Assembly: GCA_977018835.1 (NCBI GenBank)
Contig: OZ361256.1
Span: forward strand, 5,518,001 to 5,582,000
Direction of reading: 5' to 3'
Source of the DNA: Minutocellus sp. GHC0000111
Taxonomy: Eukaryota
Length of the DNA stretch: 64,000 nt
How positions within the stretch are numbered: the stretch's first letter is position 1; the number at the start of each line of letters is the position of its first letter. Shown piece after piece: positions 11,268 through 21,872 of the stretch. The notes under the pieces are model-generated. The model made no database searches. It had not been told where the DNA came from and worked only from the letters and a program-made list of their open reading frames with translations. The translations under genes were made by a program, and so were the position numbers.

Positions 11268-11765
11268 ATGGCGTTGACGGAGGAGCAGAAACAAAAGATT
11301 AAGGAGAATAGGGAGAGGGCATTGGCATTAAAGAAGAAGAAGGCGGAGGAGCGGGCGGCGGCGGAGAAGAAGGAGTTGGAGGCGGCGGCCTCGACAAAAT
11401 CGAATGATGATCGAACGTCGCAAGATGGTACCAAAAATGAAGACTCGGGCGACGAGGGTGATAATGTAGAGATAGAGGATTTCGAGGTGGGGGCTTCTCC
11501 GTGGGTTACAAAGGACGAAGCAATGAGGAAGTATTGTCTGCCTCAGGGGACGCTTGCCGTTTGTTCCTACGAGGAGCGGCCAAACCCTCGGCACAAGAGT
11601 TGGAAGCCCATGCGGTTGTACAAAAGGTCGGAGATACGAAGACGGGCTAGAGAACGGTTCGGTGGTTTGGAGGGTCTTGTAGAAGAGCGAAGGAAGATAG
11701 ATAAGAAACGGTTTGCAAATGATATGGCCGAAACCAGGGACGTATTCAAGAAGAGCAAGTCGTAA
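11268..11765 (+). CDS. XPA: XPA/Rad14-like DNA repair protein (XPA C-terminal domain, no zinc finger)
   Basis: The N-terminus LTEEQKQKIKENRERALAL and the core VTKDEAMRKYCL...PNPRHKSWKPMRLYKRSEIRRRARERFGGLEGLVEERRK match XPA motifs. Start at the ATG at 11268. Confidence 0.8.
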   Translation: MALTEEQKQKIKENRERALALKKKKAEERAAAEKKELEAAASTKSNDDRTSQDGTKNEDSGDEGDNVEIEDFEVGASPWVTKDEAMRKYCLPQGTLAVCSYEERPNPRHKSWKPMRLYKRSEIRRRARERFGGLEGLVEERRKIDKKRFANDMAETRDVFKKSKS

Positions 11766-12070
11766 CTAATATAAAATGTAGAAAGCAAAACATTCCGAGA
11801 CAAAAATAATACCCAAGTCTATGTCATGTTATCTATCTAGTAGGTTGAATGACGATCATTCAATTTTTTACGATCACCACAAAGCATGTAGCTGAAAGGC
11901 AACCATGGCTCCTCCGCTTTCTCTCGCAAGGTAGTCTCAGACGAGATTCCACTACCAGCTGCACAGCATCGAATAATCTTCCACGTCGGCTTAGCGATGG
12001 ACAGGCCGGCGAGCGGGATGCATTCAGTCCACCAAAGTGTTCAATCACCACCAAATGACATGTATATTAT

Positions 12071-12529
12071 TTACTCCATCACACTTCGAGAACTGGGATA
12101 GAGCTGTCCGAGTACAACTTGTCTCTTCAATACTTGCAATTGCTCTTCTCCATCTCTTATTGCCGCCGCTGCTTCCTCTCTGCGCGGTGGAGATATGAAC
12201 AAGATGTGAGGAATGAGATGTAGAAAAGCAAGGTCAGTGAAGGAGAACAAATGAAATACAAAACACCAATACGAAACTGAGTCTCATGACCGCTGGTTAG
12301 TACGAGTAGGTCAGCGTGGTCATACACCCCCAGCTTTGATTCCATCGACTTCGTCAGTCTCACAATCACGACACGAAGTACAGTCTGACTCGACTTACCC
12401 CACCAAATTGCGGTTTTTGTCGAAACCCGCCTTCACCCGCCGTACGGCATAGCTTCGGAAGTTATAGTCATTGATGTGTCTCGCCTCTCGGAGGAGGGAA
12501 CGGAGCAGCGGGAGGGCTGTCGAGGTCAT
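12071..12529 (-). CDS. ISD11: LYR-motif protein ISD11/LYRM4 (exons 12529-12399, 12179-12071)
   Basis: Spliced product MTSTALPLLRSLLREARHINDYNFRSYAVRRVKAGF...G|EEAAAAIRDGEEQLQVLKRQVVLGQLYPSSRSVME*. GT-AG intron at 12398-12180. Confidence 0.9.
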
Positions 12530-12892
12530 GGTGGGCACATGCAGAGTCAGAAAAATGGACGGCCGGCCGGTGAGTTTGGTGATCCCCCTTTTCAAAATCC
12601 CCTCTGTAGCTCTCCTATCCTGGTCCTTCGCTCGGACGGAGCAGGGAGCATTCTCCATGCCTAGACTCTACATCTACCGGTACTACGATAGTATTGTTGC
12701 ACCTTGATACCCAACATAATCGCTTGGCCTTGAGTCATCAATCGAGTTCTATCATTTTAACAACAAGTGCCATTTTTATATAAGCGATATAGCTGAGAGA
12801 GACTTCCATCATCAGATGAGAAGCTGATAAAATGATAAATCCATCCGACGAGAGATTTCATGTACTACGTATTATGTAGCTGACCAGATCCT

Positions 12893-14454
12893 TTACTCGT
12901 CGTCAAGAAGCTCGGCAAGGGATGCCTTCGCCCTCTCGAGCATGGCCTTCTTTTTCTTTTCTTGCTTGGACTTGAAGTCCTCGAGCTCCTGCTCCTCGTT
13001 CGTCTCCATGCCATTGAGCTGTCTCCACCTCAAATCACCCTCGAACATGGCCCGATCCCAAATGGACTCGATGTACTCCTCCTCGGTCATGTCGGAAATC
13101 TCCCCAGACATACCCTTGCGGAAGAAGTCGCGCTTGGCCCACTCCCGAGCAATGTCCTCGGTCTCGTCCTTGCGGGCGGCCTCCTTCTCCTCCTCCTTAC
13201 GCTGAACAGCCGCTTCAGACTCCACCTTGAGCATCTCTTCCTCCTCCTTCATCCACTCATCGAACTGCGTTCGCTTGGGAGCCTTGGTCTTCCAGTTAGC
13301 GCAGGCCTCAATGTAGGCCTGTTGTGATTCCGAGGTTGGGCAAATTGAACGCATGAGCAAAACAATATTAGTTGGTTGAATGGAAAAAGGAGCGGTTGAA
13401 GACTCATCAAATAATCAAGCACGGCATGTGCTCGATCCAACATTTCAACACTTACAGCAGGTCCCTTGGTAATCATGTGGTCAATCTCCCGGGGCCGGGT
13501 GTATCCACCCTCGCGAAGGCCCTTGACAAGCTTGAACTCGGTGGCATTGACATCCGTGCACTCCTTGAAGGTCAGCGCCTTGTCACGGCCAGATTCCAGT
13601 CCAAGGCATTCGGTCACAAGACGGATGGACTCGTCACGGCTGAAGGTTTCCTCCTCGGCGATGGTGCCGTTGACGGTGCCCATATCGGCGATGCTGTAGG
13701 GTACGGATCCCTCGGGAGTATCCTTGAGCTTGCCGACGGAAATGACGGTGAAGGATTTGCCCTCCATCTTGAGGGAGTCGACTACACCCTGAGCGGCATC
13801 GGCGGTGACGGAGGAGGCGTCGGTGAGGAGGATACTGACGTTCTCCACGTCGGTGGCACGGACGAGGTCACCAATCTTCTTCACGGCCTCGAGGTCATCG
13901 CCGACCGAGGCAACCCAGTGCTTCACGCCGGCCAGCTGCAGCTCGGTGGGGAGGGCACCGGGCTCGGAGGCCTCGAGGAACTCGAGCTTGTCGAGGAGGC
14001 CGGTGTAGCGAGCGTGGCGGCTGAGAAGGCGCTTCTTGGCGAACTTCTCGTCGTCGACAAAGGCGACGATGGCATCGAAGTTGAAGGCGGCCTCCTCGTG
14101 GTTGAGCATGTCGAAGACGAACTGGTCGGTACGCTCCTTGGAGCGGACGTATCCCGAAACCAGAACGCGGCCGTCGAGGTTGTCGCGGGCGGCGACGGGC
14201 TCGGGGGCCTTGAGGTAGGCCTGGATCTTCTCGGCGGGGTTGGGCTCCTCTTCGGTCTTTCTGCGGTGGGGAGGGCCGTTGATGCCCCACGAAGAGATGA
14301 ACAGCTCGGTCGATGACGAGGAGGACGACGCCTGCTGGCCGGCTCTGGTCACAAATGCCGACGGGGCGAAGGCATTGCATGATGTGCCGATTGCCGCCAA
14401 GGAAGCGACGCCGGCGGCAATGCCCACCTGAACGCGGGAAATGGGACCTTTCAT
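12893..14454 (-). CDS. Plastid-targeted uncharacterised protein, possibly NAD(P)-binding Rossmann-like (exons 14454-13456, 13318-12893)
   Basis: Signal peptide ending CNA|FAP (ASAFAP-type). An in-phase GT-AG intron at 13455-13319 joins the two ORFs. Charged helical C-terminus. Confidence 0.75.
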
Positions 14455-14838
14455 TATAAGTATTTCGAGGGCAAAAGTGTGAAGTGGAAGAGGTGAACGG
14501 CACCGAGCAGGTCAGAGTCGACGCAGGCGATGTACCGTCAGCTTGTTGTGATGGATCTCTCGGATTTCGAGCGAAGAAATGAGGTGGCGGTAATTCTTAT
14601 GTGATCCCGCCGCGTCACTATGACGGATTCGAAAGTACGATGTCGATGTCGAACGAAGCCGATGCGATGATGATACTACGTAGTAGCTGATGATGATGCA
14701 CATGAGCAACGTGCCAGCAGTGAAATAGTTTCGATAATACGTGTAGTGTGCTAGAGTGTAGTGATTTTACCCAATCTCATGAAACCATATGTATGGTAGA
14801 CGATACCGTTACGAGCATTAGATCTATCGCGCACCAGA

Positions 14839-14912
14839 GATTGATTGAGAGAGATTGCAGAGAGAGCCTGGAACAGGATTGATTGAGAGAGATTGCAGAG
14901 AGAGCCTGGAAC
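14839..14912. repeat. Two-copy tandem repeat, 38-bp period
   Basis: gattgattgagagagattgcagagagagcctggaac at 14839-14874 and 14877-14912. Confidence 0.9.
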
Positions 14913-15247
14913 GGACGAAGCCGAAAGTCCCAATCCATTGCAATGATGCATGTGGTCATGTGAGGAGAACTGTTCGACAAAGCGTAATTTCTCTCTACAC
15001 TTTCGACTTTTGTGGCCGTGATTATGGCTATCTTCAGTGCATACATCCATGTGTCTCTCTACCGGTACACATACGTGGTCACGGTATGAATTCAATTCAA
15101 ATGGGTATGGCCCATTTTGCGCGATTCAATAATACCCACACGCATTTGAAAACAATAGCTCCGAATGATAGACGCCGAAACAACTTTACCAAACCAAATG
15201 ATGACTCACACCACGATGCAAATAAACATGACATACCCACAATCAGC

Positions 15248-16518
15248 TTATGGATTGGCAATAGCAGCAGCACTGACACTTGGAGCAGGAGTGGACGTGG
15301 CAGTACCAGCACGAATAGCGGCGAGCTGCTCATCAGTCACCAGTATAGGTTCCAAGAGCTTGTGTTCTTTGGCATAGGTGAAGAGATCACGAGAAAACAG
15401 TTTGCTTGCCTCCTCGGTGGACGTTTTGTCCCTGTTGAATCGAGTGAAAAATAAATTGAGGAGTACCAAGAGAAATGGGAAAAGTCAGAGAGAGTCCGCT
15501 CATGCACATACATGGGAAAGAAATACTGGATTCTGAAGGGAGAATAACACACATGCAAGAACCAGAATGCATGCGACCACATATGTGTGTACATGTGTTC
15601 ACTTCATACCAAACAAAAGCGCAAAACTCACAGCTGCATCCTTTTGAGGATTTCGTTGCCGTCGTTGATCTCAAACGGCAGACTGAAATCGAACTTCACG
15701 CCTGTACGCTTGGCGTCCATTTCGCATTTGATGACGGCCGAGTTGGACGTGTTGACTACGATAAAAGGAAGCTGGACCTTGAAGTCGCCTCCCTCGCCGA
15801 ATCCCTGTGCCTTGTCCTTCGTGGCGGTTTTGGGAGGTGCGTCATGCTTGTCCTTGCCATCAGCGGTGCTTTCAGAGGCGGCCTCCTTCTCTTCTGTCTC
15901 CTTGTTGTGCTTCACCAGGTTGGCAAAGCAGACGTTCTGGATCAGGAGCTCCTGAAGCCGCTCCTGCTTCTGGCGGATATCCTCCAACCGCATCCGACGC
16001 TCACGCTGCAGGACGTCCAGATCATGCGGAGCGGTGTTGGGCAGACCCTTCCACGTGATTTCCTTCTTGTCGTTCTTTTCGATGATTTCCATCGCCATGA
16101 GAACGTTGAGGGCGTCGTAGACACGGCGGCGGATGTTCTTCTCGTCGTATCCCTTGGCCATGCCCGTGGACTTGTACCCCGGCGGGGCCTTGGCGGCGCC
16201 AACGCCGGCCTTGGCCTTCTTCCGGGGCGGGGGCAGCTCGACGTCCGGGTCGCCGCCGGCCTCGGCGATTTCGGCGCGGCGCTGCTCGATGAACTCGGCG
16301 ACCAGCTCGTCGGCCACCTCGTTGTAGGAGGTCGTGCCCTTCTCTTGGACCTTTTTGCACACGCGCATGGAGAAATGACGCAGGCCCGTCCCGGTCCTTG
16401 AGGGAGTGTCGACCATGGCGCCAGCATTTGAGCTTGAGGTCGTGACGGGCCCGCCAACGCCCTCCGAGTCACTGCGAGATCGTTTGTTCGACGACATGGG
16501 TGAGGCAAATGACGACAT
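15248..16518 (-). CDS. DP: Transcription factor DP (E2F dimerisation partner) (exons 16518-15632, 15431-15248)
   Basis: GLRHFSMRVCKKVQEKGTTSYNEVADELV, DEF box KNIRRRVYDALNVLMAM, LPFIVVNT and FEINDGNEILKRM. In-phase intron at 15631-15432. Confidence 0.95.
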
Positions 16519-16552
16519 GGTGCTATAGCAATGATCAGAGGGCAATGGCGTG

Positions 16553-16708
16553 GCTCGTCGCTGGGTTGGTGGCGCGAGCGTTGGGCGGCAATCGGTTTGT
16601 TCTGTATCAAGCCGATGAATGAGACCAAGTCGCTCGTCGCTGGGTCGGTGGCGCGAGCGTTGGGCGGCAATCGGTTGTTCTGTAATCAAGCCGATGAATG
16701 AGACCAAG
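16553..16708. repeat. Two-copy 79-bp-period tandem repeat immediately upstream of DP
   Basis: 16553-16629 and 16632-16708 are near-identical (gctcgtcgctggg...gccgatgaatgagaccaag) with a few small differences. Confidence 0.9.
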
Positions 16709-17031
16709 CAAGCGTGAGCCCGTCGAGATTTTTGTTGTGAACTTTTCGGCTGAAATTTTTTTGGCTTGTGACCTGCACTCTTTAAGAGACAAAAAGGGAT
16801 AACAAAGTTGATTCTCATAAATGAGGGAGTGAGAACCTACGTATTAATACGAGTTCGTACGTACGTACGTTGTTTTCATTTTGGCCATCAATTAGCGCGA
16901 TGTTGACCTCGAAGCATCTTCGCATTGGGCTCCAATCGCCCGATGCCGATGTGGATGTGCTCAGCTGCCGCGATTGCGAGTGTGCAATCCGCTGACACAA
17001 TGCACCACCTCCTTGAATTTCACATGTGACC

Positions 17032-19275
17032 ATGAGGCTCGTTCTACGAGTACTCCAGCCGCTCGCGCTGGTCCTACTGTCTCTCCTTCTATCGCGCATT
17101 CCATTCACCACAGCAGCTGATGACGTCAATTCAAAATGCATCAGCTCCGACATGATCAATGCCAATGATGTGGTCGAGGCAACACTGCCTCGCTTGACCG
17201 GCGAGCCATTCGATAAAAACGCGGAACTGGCAAAGCGGAAGAAGCTCCACGTGCAATTGGAGGCCAAGGCGGGTCGCAAAGCCCGACGTCGGAATGTGCT
17301 GTCTTCCTTTATGGCCAAACGCAAGAGCGGTGACGACAACAACAAGGACAGCAGCCAGGGACGCACAAGGCGCATCGCATTTCGGGAAGCCACGCAGGAA
17401 GAACTTGATACCATTTTCGCCCCTAACAAAAAGGGTATGCCAACAATCGTCGGCGTTGTCATTGGCCTCGAGAAAGGTCCTACCATGATCACGGCTGGCA
17501 CGACGGAATTGATTGCGCCAGGCGCCACGGGCATGCGATTCCGTTTTGTCGGTGGGTGCATGGGGAAGATCAAATCAGATACGTTCTACATTTACACGCC
17601 CCGAGGTGAGGTCTTTACTCACAAATGCGATGATTTCATCAAGGATGAGTTGTGGTCGTATTCGGTCATGGGAGATCACGCATTTGTTTACTTTGAGCAG
17701 GAAGGAAAGGATTCTCTCGGCTCAATTATAATATCCGGCGTTGCCTACCAAACCAATAAGATGTTTGGAGGTTCGACACAAATACCGGACGCTAAAGATG
17801 AAGATATGAGTATAACCGGTGGCATCATCGGTGGTCCGTATTGCAAGAATAAGGCCAACACATCGTGCCTCGAGTCCGCCGGATCACCGTCCCAGCCCTG
17901 CGGTGATACCAACAGAAACAGCAGCGCCATTCATGCCGCTCGACTTGCCACTGGGCATATCCAGTGGGTTGGTAATACTGGCTTCACTCATTTTTGTAGT
18001 GGTGGATTGCTCAATGATTTAGCCGAGTCTGGGGCACCTCTCTTCCTGACATCAAATCACTGCCTGAGCAATGCGACAGATGAAGCCAGTGTCGAGACAC
18101 TCTTTCAGCACTGGCACGACGAGGAGGGCTGCTCGTTGAACTGTGTCGATTGGCACAAGGCCAGGAGCAACCACCCCCAAGCACTACGAACCCTGGGCGC
18201 TTCGATATTGTCCAACAGCCCGTCATTTGGATATTCGCTCTTGCTACTCAATGGTCCCGCTCCGCCAGGCAGTGCTTTTCTCGGTTGGAATAGCTCCTAC
18301 ATCGTTGAGGATGAAGGTCAGATTCTGCATCGCATCTTCCACCCATACTCGGCTCCTCAAGCTTACGCCACACAAACAATGTCTCCAACCAAGGCTTGGT
18401 GTCATTTCTGGCCAAAGGGACCTTTCATGTACTCGGATCAAATCTTTGGTGGGACTATTCAGGGCGGAACAGGCGGAGCTATTTTGATCAATGAGATCGG
18501 ACAGGTAGTTGGGCAGGAAATTGGAATTTGTGGTTTCAATACAATTGATTGGTGCGACCACGAGCAAAACGTTGTAGTGGATAGCTCCTTTGCGTCTTCC
18601 TACCATCACATAAAGACGTTTTTGGTGAATGGCCGAGGCAATGCGGCAGGTGGTAGTAGATCATGGGCTGGGCTTGCAAGTAAAGCGGGCGTTGGCTCTA
18701 TCGATAGAACAGAAACGTGCATCGACATACCATCGACGCAGGCTTCTTTTGTCCAAACTCCGAATTATTTTCCATATTTCGCAGGCACCGTCCCTGAATG
18801 CACTGGATCGTATGTGGTCGTGAACCATCGATTCTTGTGGGAAGACCATAGGAAGAATGCACAGAAAGCAAATATGAAATTAATGACAATTGCATCAGAA
18901 AATGATCGACTTTGTGCCCGAGCATTGATCGAGGCGACAGGTGGAATGGATGTCGTCGGCGAAATGGTTTGGGTCGGAGGCACCGATTCGGAGCCCTACA
19001 GTCGGATAGGAGAGGGAACCTGGGTTTGGGATACGAATCCCGGTGGTTTGGCTAACGGCAATACCGAGTGCAAGCCCCTCCAGAATCCTGTCTTTTCTAT
19101 TGGCAATGCGGCTCAGGACGGATATTTTGCTCCATGGAATCCTGGCCAGCCAGATAACTGGGAACTCGATGAGCATTTCCTTGCGCTTGCATTGTATGAT
19201 GGCAGCTACAACTTTGATGATCGACCATTTTGGTCCTATTATACTGCCATCTATGAGTTCTGTCCGGATCCGTGA
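17032..19275 (+). CDS. Secreted lysyl-endopeptidase-like (trypsin fold) protein, catalytically degenerate, with C-terminal C-type lectin domain
   Basis: Signal peptide from the ATG at 17032. FCSGGLLND...LFLTSNHCL, FLGWN and IFHP resemble Achromobacter protease I-type S1 enzymes. The C-terminal VWVGGTD...EGTWVW...WNPGQPDN...FDD is a CTLD. Intronless. Confidence 0.75.
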   Translation: MRLVLRVLQPLALVLLSLLLSRIPFTTAADDVNSKCISSDMINANDVVEATLPRLTGEPFDKNAELAKRKKLHVQLEAKAGRKARRRNVLSSFMAKRKSGDDNNKDSSQGRTRRIAFREATQEELDTIFAPNKKGMPTIVGVVIGLEKGPTMITAGTTELIAPGATGMRFRFVGGCMGKIKSDTFYIYTPRGEVFTHKCDDFIKDELWSYSVMGDHAFVYFEQEGKDSLGSIIISGVAYQTNKMFGGSTQIPDAKDEDMSITGGIIGGPYCKNKANTSCLESAGSPSQPCGDTNRNSSAIHAARLATGHIQWVGNTGFTHFCSGGLLNDLAESGAPLFLTSNHCLSNATDEASVETLFQHWHDEEGCSLNCVDWHKARSNHPQALRTLGASILSNSPSFGYSLLLLNGPAPPGSAFLGWNSSYIVEDEGQILHRIFHPYSAPQAYATQTMSPTKAWCHFWPKGPFMYSDQIFGGTIQGGTGGAILINEIGQVVGQEIGICGFNTIDWCDHEQNVVVDSSFASSYHHIKTFLVNGRGNAAGGSRSWAGLASKAGVGSIDRTETCIDIPSTQASFVQTPNYFPYFAGTVPECTGSYVVVNHRFLWEDHRKNAQKANMKLMTIASENDRLCARALIEATGGMDVVGEMVWVGGTDSEPYSRIGEGTWVWDTNPGGLANGNTECKPLQNPVFSIGNAAQDGYFAPWNPGQPDNWELDEHFLALALYDGSYNFDDRPFWSYYTAIYEFCPDP

Positions 19276-19334
19276 GAAATATCTAGTAAATGATATGCAT
19301 TTATCAATAGTATACAAGCTATGGCTTCTCTAAA

Positions 19335-21641
19335 TCACAATAATATATCTGTCTCGCTCGCCAAGTCTTCTTCGTCCATGGGGAAGTACTCGATGTCTAA
19401 CACCAAGTCCTCTGAAGCATTCTGTACCTTCTCAGCACCATCATCGACCTCATTGTTTCTTCTGCAAGAACAACAGCAGTTGAAATATGGCCCTCCAGCA
19501 TCACCATCTTCATAGGGGTCTGTACCTGCAAAACCATATCGAACCACCACCATGGACAACAATACAAGCAAAGTTCCACCAACGACCACCAGGCCGACAA
19601 ATTCATCCAAGATGTTGAACTCAATCATAAGGCATGAGTTGGTCTCCGGTGATAACTGATTGCAAATTTGCTTCTGAATTATGGTATTGGTCACGGTGGG
19701 AATAAGATCGTCGACCATGTACGTGGCGATGGCAAACACCTCCCACGCGCTAAAGGCGCCGACGATGTTCATGGATGTGAGTAGCAGTTCGTGACAACCC
19801 TTGGTCCAGGGCAGAATGAGATTTGCAACGCAAAGAATCGACCGAACAATAGGTCCGACCAAGACAAACAACGCAAAGGTTCCCATCAGCATGTAATCGA
19901 GGCCGCCCTCTGCGCCTGAAACTTGCACTAGAGACTGCAACGAGTACGGCCTCTCCCAACTAATTCCCATGACATTCTGTGCAACTTCCGGTATGGCCCC
20001 AATAACTTTCCTTTCCATCGTCGGGAGGGTACACCCTCCATAAACCAAAAAGGCGGCAAGGAACGACGCTCCAATCAACACAAGGTATCCAAACCAAGCT
20101 GTGAAACTCTGGCACCACGTTTCTGGTCCACCAGGTGGGAGCACTCGATGCAGCAACAAACCACAGCGTTTCGAAGCTGGATCGTTCCGTGAAGCAGATG
20201 GTGGCAAGGCCGCGTAGGTGTGATCTTCCAGACCATAATATTCTTCCGCGGCCAGCCGGCTATTTCGATCCCGTGAGGAGCGATTGGCACTCGCAGTCGA
20301 GTGGGCCACCCGCCGTCTCGATCGGTGGTCCAATATATCTACCATCACACCCACAAGCAGGGACAGGATGGCCGCCGCACAGAATGGATATATGCCTTTC
20401 ATACCAGCCACACGAAGGTCGACCAGTCCACCTCCCTCGGTGGCCACTCCCTTCAGTATCTCTCGTCCGGCACCTCTGGCCCAGTCGGGGTGGTTGTACG
20501 CCTCGTTGACGGCCGTCTCGCACGTCCAGCACTTGGTCCTCTGAATAAACGACGGGGGTTCCGCACAGTCAACGCCCAACATCTTGGTACAGGCCTCGGC
20601 CGAGGTGTACATAGACTTGGCGACCAGCACCAACGTCGGCAGTTCCGTGCTCAGCCCATCTCTCACAACGGCCGGGTCGACCTGCCAATCCAACGCCACG
20701 ATGCCAATCAGGGCACAAACCACAAAGACATCGGCCAACGTGTACTTGCCAAAGGTGCTCAACCAATACAGCGACGAGGTGCGAGATCGGTACCGTCGGA
20801 CGGAGTAGGGGATCAGAAAGGTCATGTGAAGCAGGAGCAGCTTGAGGTGAGGCCACACCCCGCTGAAGATGATGAGCAGGACGGCCGCCAACCGGCTCAT
20901 GAACTTGTTGGGCAGACCGGCGGCAATCCAAAGCTGCTTGATGGCGAAAAAATAGGTAAAGGTCGACACGTCGTCGTCGTAGTCCAGGGTGAGGTGGTTG
21001 GTCTCGTTGAGGCCGATGGCATCGAAGGTCTTGCGGGAGGAAAAGGTGGTGGCGTTGGCCCAAACGTCGACGTCGGCGCGGACGCGGAGGCGCCACATGG
21101 GAGCGATCTGGCCGTACAGGAACAGTCCGTGCGTGGTTAGCATGAGGAGGGATATGATGATGGCGAGGCATCGGGGGGTGGAGGGATCCGATGCCAGCGA
21201 GTAGCGACGGCTGGGATCGAAGACGACGTTGTTGTTGATGATGTTTTCGGTATCATCTGCATCGGCATCGGATGCCAAGAGAGGCGAGCGCAGATCGCCG
21301 CCGCCACCACTCGTGCCTGAATTGTTGTTCTCGACGTCCTCGTCAAAGAGGCGAAAAGATACCGCCGGCGGCTGGCCGTTGGGCCTCCTCCGCCTCCGTG
21401 CGCTCCCACCCGGGAGCGAGGTGGCCATGATGCTGCTCGTACCGCCCAAGAGGCTCAATGATTGGGTGTCTGGGTGGTCTCCCTTCTCGCTGTCATTACG
21501 AGTATTGTTGTCTTCTCCATCTTCTCGTTCGTGTTCTTCCACGGCAGATTTCATGTCCTCCTCTTCGTCTCCACTTTCGACCGGTGCAAGACGCTGGCCA
21601 TCCGCCAGGACGTCGCTACCGGATTCGAACGGGTTTGTCAT
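19335..21641 (-). CDS. Multi-pass membrane protein with two PqiA-like halves
   Basis: IIFSGVWPHLKL...STFGKYTLADVFVV and FVLVGPIVRS...GAFSAWEVFAIA resemble the PqiA (G-K/R-W-S-x-x-D-V-F) motif. Acidic disordered N-terminus. Confidence 0.65.
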   Translation of the reverse strand: MTNPFESGSDVLADGQRLAPVESGDEEEDMKSAVEEHEREDGEDNNTRNDSEKGDHPDTQSLSLLGGTSSIMATSLPGGSARRRRRPNGQPPAVSFRLFDEDVENNNSGTSGGGGDLRSPLLASDADADDTENIINNNVVFDPSRRYSLASDPSTPRCLAIIISLLMLTTHGLFLYGQIAPMWRLRVRADVDVWANATTFSSRKTFDAIGLNETNHLTLDYDDDVSTFTYFFAIKQLWIAAGLPNKFMSRLAAVLLIIFSGVWPHLKLLLLHMTFLIPYSVRRYRSRTSSLYWLSTFGKYTLADVFVVCALIGIVALDWQVDPAVVRDGLSTELPTLVLVAKSMYTSAEACTKMLGVDCAEPPSFIQRTKCWTCETAVNEAYNHPDWARGAGREILKGVATEGGGLVDLRVAGMKGIYPFCAAAILSLLVGVMVDILDHRSRRRVAHSTASANRSSRDRNSRLAAEEYYGLEDHTYAALPPSASRNDPASKRCGLLLHRVLPPGGPETWCQSFTAWFGYLVLIGASFLAAFLVYGGCTLPTMERKVIGAIPEVAQNVMGISWERPYSLQSLVQVSGAEGGLDYMLMGTFALFVLVGPIVRSILCVANLILPWTKGCHELLLTSMNIVGAFSAWEVFAIATYMVDDLIPTVTNTIIQKQICNQLSPETNSCLMIEFNILDEFVGLVVVGGTLLVLLSMVVVRYGFAGTDPYEDGDAGGPYFNCCCSCRRNNEVDDGAEKVQNASEDLVLDIEYFPMDEEDLASETDILL

Positions 21642-21872
21642 GCTATGTGAGAGCACAGTGTACTCGTGAGCTATCTATGGTGTCAGGCTGCCACGCGGTA
21701 GGTAGGAAAAGTGTGGCGGGCGCGGCGAACGGCGAACTTGGGCGGCCATACACATCTTTGTGTCAGGCTGACGAAGTGGAAACTGTGGAAACTAAATCGT
21801 CCCCACGTCCCCACCGCACCCGCCAAAGCTTGCTGAAACCAATCAAAAGCGTTGCGCCACACGCCAACGAAA

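Larger units (their letters stand above)
7703..11298. repeat. Segmental tandem duplication, copy 2 (3,596 bp)
   Basis: Matches 3891-7486 and continues seamlessly into the intact XPA gene. Confidence 0.95.

Noticed and set aside
11849..12060. Possible structured ncRNA between XPA and ISD11
   Set aside because: No recognisable RNA family motifs; consistent with convergent 3' UTRs.
13372..14316. Long antisense or alternate-frame ORFs (also 15475-16401, 20301-21140, 28118-28945, 40499-41533, 60576-62090)
   Set aside because: These are shadow ORFs of GC-rich, codon-biased real genes, with no recognisable motifs.
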